Source: Calditrichia bacterium
GTDB lineage: Bacteria > Calditrichota > Calditrichia > JAJRVZ01
Length of the DNA: 64,000 nucleotides
Direction: 5' to 3'
NCBI GenBank assembly: GCA_963777955.1
Contig: CAVZSQ010000017.1
Location: 64,001 to 128,000 of the forward strand
The translations under genes and the position numbers were made by a program. Position 1 is the stretch's first letter; every line of letters begins with the position of its first letter. The notes below the pieces were generated by a model. The model worked only from the letters and a program-made list of their open reading frames with translations. It was not told where the DNA came from and ran no database searches. This document shows positions 45,168 through 52,105 of the stretch, one piece after another.

Positions 45168-45257
45168 AAACATTTGTAGTGGACGGCGAACCGACAAGCA
45201 AGAATTGTAAATTTTGTGGTAAGTGGCTTACCACCACTAAAATATACCATCGCAAGG
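45161..45257 (+). repeat. attC-like site 7 (long class, degenerate right end)
   Basis: CTCTAAC-AAACATTTGTAGTGG..CCACTAAAATATACC; interior nearly identical to site 17. Confidence 0.6.
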
Positions 45258-45282
45258 TAACTTTATTTTTCATTAGGAATCT

Positions 45283-45822
45283 ATGGAGACAGATCTTAAG
45301 AAGATAAAGCATTTCGGCGAAAGACGTAGGAGAGAAAATTTTGCTTTTCGAGCATTTTTGAAAAACCTTGATATCAGTACAAAGAAATTAGATACACTTG
45401 TTTGTACTATTTTTCATGAAGTTTCATCTCAAATTGATTGTAAGAAATGTGCCAATTGCTGTAAACAGATGAAAATTATTTTAACAAATCAAGATATAAG
45501 AAGATTAGCAGATGGGCTAGATCTTCAATTAAAATCATTTAAAAACCAATACACAAGTTTAAGTGAAGATAAATCTGAGATCTATTTTAGTAAAATACCA
45601 TGTCCACTTTTAAAAGATAATCTTTGCTCAAAATATAAGTTCAGACCTACAGATTGTCGTTCATTTCCTCATCTGGAAAAACGAATATTTGTGTCAAGAC
45701 TCTGGGATGTTGTAGATAATTATTCGATCTGCCCGATTGTTTTTAATGTATATGAAATTCTCAAGAATAATTTATGTCCATATAAGGAATATGATATTTA
45801 TAACGAATATGAAATGTATTAA
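45283..45822 (+). CDS. Cassette: YkgJ-family cysteine cluster protein
   Basis: CKKCANCC..CPLL..CSKY..RPTDCRSFP. Confidence 0.85.
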   Translation: METDLKKIKHFGERRRRENFAFRAFLKNLDISTKKLDTLVCTIFHEVSSQIDCKKCANCCKQMKIILTNQDIRRLADGLDLQLKSFKNQYTSLSEDKSEIYFSKIPCPLLKDNLCSKYKFRPTDCRSFPHLEKRIFVSRLWDVVDNYSICPIVFNVYEILKNNLCPYKEYDIYNEYEMY

Positions 45823-45827
45823 AATCT

Positions 45828-45914
45828 ACCTAACAAGTGCTTCAAATCGGACGCCGAACCAATAAGCATGAATTGCTAAATTGGTGTGACGGCTCTTCCG
45901 CCGCGCCGTTAGAC
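45828..45914 (+). repeat. attC-like site 8
   Basis: ACCTAAC..GGACGCCGAACC..GCGCC-GTTAGAC. Confidence 0.75.
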
Positions 45915-45943
45915 GCGCTTTCATATTAAAAATCAATTTATAT

Positions 45944-45972
45944 TTGAAATAGCAAAAGAAAACCCATAAAAT
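45944..45972 (+). promoter_or_regulatory. sigma70-like promoter of the DUF4160/DUF2442 cassette
   Basis: TTGAAA-17 bp-TAAAAT, with ATG 5 nt downstream. Confidence 0.6.
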
Positions 45973-45977
45973 TATAT

Positions 45978-46229
45978 ATGCCTACGATTCTTTTTATAGA
46001 TGGGTGGCGTTTTTTCTTCTACTCAAATGAGAAGAGGGAACCCATACATGTTCATGTGCAGAAGGGAGAGAAAGAGTGCAAATATTGGTTGGATCGTATT
46101 AATTTTGAAGTTACCGAAGCGTATTCATTTCAAATGAATAATAGAGACAAACGTATAGTAAAAAAGATTATATTTGAATACTTTGAAGTGATTGAAAAAG
46201 AATGGGACAAGTTTCAAGAGAGTAAATAA
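45978..46229 (+). CDS. Cassette: DUF4160 family protein (putative TA component)
   Basis: MPTI..GWRFFFYSNE..EPIHVHV..KYWL. Confidence 0.85.
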   Translation: MPTILFIDGWRFFFYSNEKREPIHVHVQKGEKECKYWLDRINFEVTEAYSFQMNNRDKRIVKKIIFEYFEVIEKEWDKFQESK

Positions 46230-46230
46230 A

Positions 46231-46494
46231 ATGAAAATATATCATCGTATAAAGAATATTCGATTTCAAGAGGATAGACTTGTAATCAATATTGATAATA
46301 AAAATTATTCGTTTGAATTAATAAAAATATCCAAAAAGTTGCTGAATGCCACAAAAAAAGATAGAAATCAATATATTATTTCTCCATCAGGTTATGGAAT
46401 TAATTGGCCGACGTTAGAAGAAGATCTATCAATAGATGGATTGTTAGGAATAATTCATAAACCAACAGCAGTAAAGAAACAGCTATCATTTTAA
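46231..46494 (+). CDS. Cassette: DUF2442 family protein (putative TA partner)
   Basis: LLNAT..R..Y.ISPSGYGINWPTLEEDLSIDGLL. Confidence 0.85.
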   Translation: MKIYHRIKNIRFQEDRLVINIDNKNYSFELIKISKKLLNATKKDRNQYIISPSGYGINWPTLEEDLSIDGLLGIIHKPTAVKKQLSF

Positions 46495-46499
46495 GGTAC

Positions 46500-46562
46500 G
46501 TCTAACACCGGCCTCAACCGAATCCCGACAAAGTCGGGACCGATTATGCCGCGCCGTTAGAA
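46500..46562 (+). repeat. attC-like site 9 (short class)
   Basis: GTCTAAC..TCCCGAC-AAA-GTCGGGA..GTTAGAA, 63 bp. Confidence 0.85.
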
Positions 46563-46566
46563 GGAA

Positions 46567-46980
46567 ATGAGAATGGGAACACTACTTCATAAATGCATGG
46601 TTAAGGCGACAATTAAAGAAGGTGAGAAGATTCGTAGTTCATTGAATTGGGCTTTTTCACGAAGAGAAATGCTTTATGTGATGTCTGATTCATTAAGATG
46701 CGGTGATTGGGAAATACCGTATTCGGAAATCGAGGATTCAAAAATTTATTCTGTACCATGGCTTTTTACTAATGCCTATGTACTTGTAGTGAAAATCAAG
46801 GGACAAATATATCAATTTGGATTAAATCCAGGACGATTTTGGAAAGGAGATCTTCCTTTTCCAGTGAAACGAGAAACTCTAGATAATCGATATTGGAATA
46901 TTGTTAATCTTATCAGAATTATTATATTTGGTCTCTTAGCTTATTGGATCATAAATGAAATAATTAAAAAATACTTCTAA
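46567..46980 (+). CDS. Cassette: hypothetical protein with C-terminal TM
   Basis: Starts 4 nt after R'; stop TAA lies within R'' TTCTAAC. Confidence 0.75.
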   Translation: MRMGTLLHKCMVKATIKEGEKIRSSLNWAFSRREMLYVMSDSLRCGDWEIPYSEIEDSKIYSVPWLFTNAYVLVVKIKGQIYQFGLNPGRFWKGDLPFPVKRETLDNRYWNIVNLIRIIIFGLLAYWIINEIIKKYF

Positions 46981-47069
46981 CAATGGCATCAACCGGACGC
47001 CCAGCCGACTAGCGTGAATTGCTAAAATATGTTAAGTGGCTGGTCGCCGGTTATGCCTGGTCGGCGGAC
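46975..47069 (+). repeat. attC-like site 10 (long class; right end G|GCGGAC)
   Basis: TTCTAAC..CCGGTTATGCCTGGTCG followed directly by GC-rich DNA; interior near-identical to site 13. Confidence 0.7.
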
Positions 47070-47089
47070 AGAGGGATCAGAGCAAGCGC

Positions 47090-47503
47090 ATGTGGTTGAC
47101 CGACGGGATACGTAGCCTCGTTGCCCGATACAGGTTCAATCGGACCTATGGGCGGCACCTGGGTGTCCTGTCGGTCACGGACGAGAAGCTGGCGCTCGGC
47201 CGCTACCGCTTGCATGGCACGACGACCGTTCTCGAGAACGACTGGCGCGTACCCTGGCAGAAGATCAGAAAGATCCAAGCGTACAAGCGGGACTGCTATA
47301 TCGTGGACCTCATCTGTCTCGCCCTCGAAACCGAAGATGGCCGGCAGTTCGAGGTCAACGAGGAGATGGATGGCTGGCGGGAGATGCAGGGCGCACTGGC
47401 GGCACGGTTCGGAATCCAAGAGGACGCGTGGTTCGTAGAGGTCGCTGTTCCCGCGTTCGCGACGAATCTGAAGACACTCTGGGCACGTGAAGGAGAAGCG
47501 TAG
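47090..47503 (+). CDS. GC-rich hypothetical protein (foreign insert)
   Basis: ATG at 47090 within ORF 47036-47503; W..I..I.AYKRD..DLICL..E.NEEMDGW; about 60% GC by eye versus about 30% in neighbours. Confidence 0.65.
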   Translation: MWLTDGIRSLVARYRFNRTYGRHLGVLSVTDEKLALGRYRLHGTTTVLENDWRVPWQKIRKIQAYKRDCYIVDLICLALETEDGRQFEVNEEMDGWREMQGALAARFGIQEDAWFVEVAVPAFATNLKTLWAREGEA

Positions 47504-47511
47504 GTGGCATT

Positions 47512-47554
47512 CACCGGAGGCGGAATAAGTCAAAACTAATAAATTAACTCTAAC
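47512..47554 (+). repeat. Structured non-coding element, copy D (3' fragment only)
   Basis: CACCGGAGGCGGAATAAG..CTCTAAC matches the tail of copies A and C. Confidence 0.65.
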
Positions 47555-47608
47555 ACTTCAGTCCACAGGACCTGCTTTAAGCAGGCCGGTGACTTTCGGT
47601 CATTAGTA
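47548..47608 (+). repeat. attC-like site 11 (short class, ATT right end)
   Basis: CTCTAAC..CCTGCTT-T-AAGCAGG..GTGACTTTCGGTC-ATTAGTA. Confidence 0.7.
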
Positions 47609-47625
47609 TACATTTTAGGAGAGAT

Positions 47626-48174
47626 ATGACAAAATCCTTCATTTCTATTTTAGTTATACTTCTATTTTATTCATGTTCAAAACCGATAGCGAATCTACAA
47701 CCCACTCAAAATGGAAGCTATTTCATAAAAGATTTCGGTTTTGAAATTACTTTACCTGAAAGTTGGATTCACAGCGAGGTAACAAGAAACGGCTCTGTTA
47801 CAGATTATAATTTTGTAAGAAAAGGAATTAAAGACAATACTGGATTATTAGTTTCACCATTTATTGGTATTATGTGTGAAAAGGTTACGAAGGATTTAAA
47901 TGTTCTTTTTTATTCAATGGCAAAAAGAGCACAATTTGTACCTTGGAATTTAGAAACTGTACTTACTGCTGAGAGTAAGGATTTCCCACTTGTGTATGGA
48001 ATTGGGTATATCGGTACATATAATGATGCAAACAATTTAGAACATAAAATTATTATTCTACATATGATAAATGACACAAATGGAATTCAAATAATAATTG
48101 ATGGGACTACTTCAATTTATGAAATCATGAAAAATGAATATTTAAGTATTATTTCATCAATTGTTTTAAAATAG
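47626..48174 (+). CDS. Cassette: lipoprotein (PsbP-like fold possible)
   Basis: AGGAG RBS, FYSC lipobox, FGFEITLPESW. Confidence 0.7.
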   Translation: MTKSFISILVILLFYSCSKPIANLQPTQNGSYFIKDFGFEITLPESWIHSEVTRNGSVTDYNFVRKGIKDNTGLLVSPFIGIMCEKVTKDLNVLFYSMAKRAQFVPWNLETVLTAESKDFPLVYGIGYIGTYNDANNLEHKIIILHMINDTNGIQIIIDGTTSIYEIMKNEYLSIISSIVLK

Positions 48175-48180
48175 TATGAA

Positions 48181-48241
48181 TGCTAACACTGGCCCCAACC
48201 GGACCTGCCTGAAGCAGGCCGGTTATGCCTGGTCGATAGAA
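48181..48241 (+). repeat. attC-like site 12 (short class, GAT right end)
   Basis: TGCTAAC..CCTGC..GCAGG-CCGGTTATGCCTGGTC-GATAGAA, 61 bp. Confidence 0.8.
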
Positions 48242-48250
48242 TGAAATAAG

Positions 48251-49096
48251 TTGAATTTATTGCCTATGCAAGACTATCAATATAGTAAAATGGCTAGAAA
48301 GAAATTTGCATATACTGTAATATATCTCCTAATATTATTTCATATTCTTGTGCTTATAATTATCCCAGTACTATTCGCTACTAATAAAGAGTTTGGATCA
48401 CAGGTACAAGGCGTTGTACATGGGTATATTGTATTTTATAATGCTATGATTGAGTGGGAGAATATGTACTTGGTTTTAGTTATGTGTAGCGCAATAGTTA
48501 TTGCAATAGTCGTTGAACTAATATTATTAATAATTCAGTATAATATTCACCAAATAAAATTAAAGAAAATAATAATTATAGTTTCCACTTGCTTTACAAT
48601 AGTTACAATTGATTTTATATTAGAGCACCCAACATTATTAGGATATGATATATTATTTCCGAAGTCAATTATTACTAAGTATGAATATGCATCGAATGAG
48701 TATAATAATTCTCTTGCTCCTGAAGACAAATATGAAATATACAACTTACTTATCAAATTCCCTTCTGATGTTTTTATATATGATAGTCTTCATAATAATG
48801 CTGGATTTAGGGGTTTATGGAGGCAGTACAGTATACCAATTGATCCCGATGTCCAAAGTATATTTAGAGAATATTGGGCGAAAACCAATGGTAAAGGTAA
48901 ATTTATTTCGAAATATTCATTAGAAGATCATGGTTGTCGTTTTGTATTTTCTCCAATAAAAAAAATTGGAAATAAAATAATTATAGGATGTGCGTATACA
49001 TGTGCTCCGCTTATAGGAAAAGGTTGGTATAGTGAAATAGAGAAAGTCAATAATAAATGGATTATTATAAAAGAACATCTTCTATGGGTATCTTAA
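48251..49096 (+). CDS. Cassette: membrane protein (3 TM plus soluble C-terminal domain); start uncertain
   Basis: Hydrophobic N-half; CAYTCAPLIGKG..W.I...WVS C-terminus. Confidence 0.65.
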   Translation: MNLLPMQDYQYSKMARKKFAYTVIYLLILFHILVLIIIPVLFATNKEFGSQVQGVVHGYIVFYNAMIEWENMYLVLVMCSAIVIAIVVELILLIIQYNIHQIKLKKIIIIVSTCFTIVTIDFILEHPTLLGYDILFPKSIITKYEYASNEYNNSLAPEDKYEIYNLLIKFPSDVFIYDSLHNNAGFRGLWRQYSIPIDPDVQSIFREYWAKTNGKGKFISKYSLEDHGCRFVFSPIKKIGNKIIIGCAYTCAPLIGKGWYSEIEKVNNKWIIIKEHLLWVS

Positions 49097-49214
49097 ACGT
49101 TATACAACTAAAATCGTTATATGAAATAAAAGTAATATATAAAAACAAATTGCCGGATTAATATCAATTAATTCTGATGACTAACAAAATTATGCTGATA
49201 TAATTGATTTTATT

Positions 49215-49309
49215 TACTAACACCGGCCTCAACCGGACGCCCAGCCGACTAGAGTGAAATGCTAAGTTGGGTTAAGTGGCTGGTCGCCGGTTATCCCTGG
49301 TCGATAGAA
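49215..49309 (+). repeat. attC-like site 13 (long class, GAT right end)
   Basis: TACTAAC-ACCGGCCTCAACCGG..CCGGTTATCCCTGGTC-GATAGAA, 95 bp. Confidence 0.8.
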
Positions 49310-49560
49310 GTGGAAAATATTTGAGGAGAATTAATTAAAAATAGAATTGGTTTTGAAGTTCGCGAATTCATGTTTGAGTCCGGCAGTAGCCGGACGAGTT
49401 TGAATTCGTCGCAAATTTTTTTGCCTGTTCCTCGCTAGAGTTTATCCCGTTGAAAAACGGGACGGGGACAAGTTTTGGCCAGACAATAAAAATGCCCCCG
49501 CGAAAGCGGGGGTAGGCCGCCGGAGGCGAAATAATTCTAAATTACACGAATTTGACTCTA
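49303..49560 (+). repeat. Structured non-coding element, copy E, with two internal palindromic insertions
   Basis: Leader and hairpin 1 as in copy B; extra TCCCGTT-GAAA-AACGGGA and CCCCCGC-GAAA-GCGGGGG; ends at CTCTA without an attC. Confidence 0.8.
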
Positions 49561-49573
49561 CGGATCAACGGGT

Positions 49574-49962
49574 ATGACTAAACAGCAAGCGATTTCCGTC
49601 GCAACATTGAAGGCAATTGTTGATGCGTTCAACGCCCACGACCTGGACGCCATCATGGAGTTCTTTGCCGACGATTGCTCGTTAGACATGCCTCGGGGAC
49701 CGGATCCCTGGGGTAAACCTTCACGGGCAAAGCAGCCGTGCGAGAAGGCTTAGCGATACGCTTCAAGGATCTCCCGGACGTTCACTACAGTGACGACCGG
49801 CACTGGGTCAGCGGCAACATGGGCATGTCCGAATGGCTACTAACCGGCACAACGCCCGACGGAGTCCGAATTGAGGTACGTGGATGCGACCATTGGGAAT
49901 TCCGAGAAGGGAAGGTAATTAAGAAAGACTCGTACTGGAAGATCGTTGATAAATCCCTGTGA
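49574..49962 (+). CDS. GC-rich SnoaL/NTF2-like protein, frameshifted near 49715
   Basis: DAFNAHDLDAIMEFFADDC..G..AVREG..EW.LTGT..GCD..F..GKV..KDSYWK. Confidence 0.8.
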
Positions 49963-49971
49963 GTGTCAGCG

Positions 49972-50000
49972 CTCTAACATGATATGTAAGTGTGAACCCG
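49972..50000 (+). repeat. Truncated attC-like left end (site 14)
   Basis: CTCTAAC 9 nt after the SnoaL stop; no matching right end found. Confidence 0.35.
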
Positions 50001-50009
50001 AAGCATAGT

Positions 50010-50743
50010 AGATTTATAAATTATTGGCTTATTTCTTTATTATGATGATCAGATTGATGAGCCTTAAAGAATCATCCAAAATTTTGGAAAAATTTATGGA
50101 GAAGGTAAGTTTGTTTTTTATCTTCGCTAAAGGCTTCAAAGGGTGAATGCCGACTTCTAGGCGATTATTTTCCACGGCGACAGTTTAACCCTAATGATTC
50201 TGTAACAGTCGGTTTTGAGATGTGGTATGAGTTTTATCACGGCTAACCGTAATAGTATTTCGACCATAAAGGAAAAGCAGGATGTCGACGAGCGTATCTC
50301 ACATTCATTACTTTTCAACCAGATCGAATGAAGTAATTTTCATTACAGGTTCGTTTCAATCATGGATTTTAGGGGATGGAATAAATTAACATTATATGTG
50401 GCCTATAAGATTATCGATTTAAAGATGCTGCAAGATAGAATACTTTATGAATTCAGTTCAAGGATTAATGAAGAATTGTCACCCATTACCATTGGTCGTG
50501 GTGTGATATCATGTATATTTTATACAAGTATAATGGACATTTTGGGAAATTTACCATGGTTCCTCCGTGCATCCAAATTTATGCGCCACAATATTATTGC
50601 AATAATTGCAAAAGATACTACGCTCCCACAGATGTCATTTCAGCGAAACTAGAAGGTATTATTATTTATTTGGATATAGAATATCTGAAAATGATCAAGA
50701 TAGAATATTATTTTCAAATATTTTTGATGTTGTTAAAGAATAA
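50010..50743 (+). pseudogene. Heavily disrupted paralog of the cassette-1 lipoprotein
   Basis: Fragments GKIYG, GDSLTL, HWSWCDIMY..YKY, APQ, AKDTT and YRISENDQDR..NIFDVVKE* parallel 41212-41901; the 3' flank also matches. Confidence 0.65.
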
Positions 50744-50749
50744 AGGTTC

Positions 50750-50811
50750 GCCGATCACCTTAGTCCACTGGATCCCGACCTGTCGGGGCTAGTGACTTTC
50801 GGTCGTTGGGC
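50750..50811 (+). repeat. attC-like site 15 (short class, GCCGATC left end)
   Basis: GCCGATC..AGTCCACTGG..CCCGAC-CT-GTCGGG..AGTGACTTTCGGTC-GTTGGGC. Confidence 0.7.
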
Positions 50812-50831
50812 ACTAGTAAATAGAGATATAT

Positions 50832-51200
50832 ATGAAATCCTACACACCGATAAACTTAAAAGAAAAACTATTAAAAATAGGGGAATTGTGGTCCCCGAAA
50901 GTAATTGCAGAGATAAATGATTACCAAATAAAATTAGTAAATATAATGGGTGAATTTGTCTGGCATGACCATAAAGAAACCGATGAAGTGTTTATTGTCC
51001 TTTCTGGTGAGATGATTATTGAATTTAGGGATGGTATAGCCCACCTTAATACAGGTGAGTTATTTGTTGTTAAAAAAGGAATCGAACATCGTCCTCGAGC
51101 AAAAGATATCTGTAAAATCATGGTAATAGAGCCTCGGGATGTAGTAAATACTGGTGATGCTGGGGGTACATTAACTGCACAAAATAATATATGGATCTAG
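50832..51200 (+). CDS. Cassette: cupin-domain protein
   Basis: WSPKVIAEIN..GEFVWHDH..DEVF..GELFVV.KGIEHRP. Confidence 0.9.
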   Translation: MKSYTPINLKEKLLKIGELWSPKVIAEINDYQIKLVNIMGEFVWHDHKETDEVFIVLSGEMIIEFRDGIAHLNTGELFVVKKGIEHRPRAKDICKIMVIEPRDVVNTGDAGGTLTAQNNIWI

Positions 51201-51231
51201 CGCCAGAACGTTAAAATTAAAATTAATTGGA

Positions 51232-51388
51232 TTGTCCCGTCAGGGACAAAATATTTGTGGAAAAACAATGTCACCCTAATTTATGTATAGTGCCGTCAGG
51301 CCTGGCGGGAAATATGTCGTCCCTGGCGGGACTACAACAAATTATGGGAGATTTTTCGATCTAGAAATATTTCATCCCTGACGGGATG
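51232..51388. repeat. REP/BIME-like palindrome cluster in a gene-less cassette
   Basis: TTGTCCC-GTCA-GGGACAA (51232), GTCCC-TGGC-GGGAC (51319), CATCCC-TGAC-GGGATG (51373); outer copies inverted with a shared AAATATTT flank. Confidence 0.7.
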
Positions 51389-51443
51389 TTGATTGATAAT
51401 CATTAATATTTAATTACGTTAAAAAAGGGAATCTTTGCATTGC

Positions 51444-51505
51444 GTCTAACACCGCAGTCCACTGGGTCCGCCAGCTGGCGGGCCAGTGACTTTCGGTAGT
51501 TAGAC
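51444..51505 (+). repeat. attC-like site 16 (short class)
   Basis: GTCTAAC-ACCGCAGTCCACTGG..CCAGTGACTTTCGGTA-GTTAGAC, 62 bp. Confidence 0.85.
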
Positions 51506-51699
51506 TTGGAACTTATTTATAGAAGGATAAAATTTCTCGGGGTTTTTTGAATTTGGCGAATTTATGTTTGAGTCCGGCGTAAGCCGGACGAGTTTAAATT
51601 CGCCTTGATTTTTTGCTTACTTTTTGATCAAGCAAAAAGTAAGCCGCCGGAGGCATTAAAACGAATTTAGATATATAAATATGAAAGCCAAATCCTAAC
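51499..51699 (+). repeat. Structured non-coding element, copy F (divergent gene-less cassette)
   Basis: GGCGAATTTA-TGTTTGA-GTCCGGC-GTAA-GCCGGAC-GAGTT-TAAATTCGCC; GCTTACTTTTTG..CAAAAAGTAAGC; GCC-GGA-GGC; different leader and tail. Confidence 0.85.
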
Positions 51700-51787
51700 A
51701 CCGGCCTAAACCGGACGCCGAACCGACTAGCATGAAATGTAAATTTTGTGGTAAGTGGTTCGCCGCCACTAAAATGTACCGTTAAAA
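51693..51787 (+). repeat. attC-like site 17 (long class)
   Basis: TCCTAAC..CCACTAAAATGTACC-GTTAAAA, 95 bp. Confidence 0.75.
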
Positions 51788-51813
51788 GACTATTAAAGAT
51801 GGGAAAAAATTAC

Positions 51814-51842
51814 TTGCAATTACGTACATAATCACGTACGTT
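51814..51842 (+). promoter_or_regulatory. Promoter and operator of the YefM/YoeB cassette
   Basis: TTGCAA-17 bp-TACGTT overlapped by the inverted repeat ACGTAC-N8-GTACGT. Confidence 0.6.
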
Positions 51843-51856
51843 ATATATAAATTGAG

Positions 51857-52105
51857 GTGCTAATGAAAACTATAAGTGTAACAAATGCAAGATCTAAACT
51901 ATATAAATTATTGGACGAAACAAATACTTCCGGCGAACCAATTCAGATTACCGGAAAACGATCAAACGGGATATTGATTTCAGAGGCTGATTGGCGAGCC
52001 ATTAGCGAGACCTTATTTCTCTTATCTATACCTGGTATGCGTGAATCTATTCGGAAAGGATTGAAGGAACCTATTGAAAAATGTGCGCCGGAGATTAAAT
52101 GGTAA
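51857..52105 (+). CDS. yefM: Cassette: Phd/YefM antitoxin
   Basis: SVTNARSKLYKLLDE..PIQITGKR..ETLFLLSIPGMRESI. Confidence 0.9.
   Translation: MLMKTISVTNARSKLYKLLDETNTSGEPIQITGKRSNGILISEADWRAISETLFLLSIPGMRESIRKGLKEPIEKCAPEIKW

Noticed and set aside
43334..45250. Minus-strand ORFs 43334-43543 and 45026-45250 as cassette proteins
   Set aside because: They are shadow ORFs over the repeated element and attC; frame and sequence are not conserved between copies.
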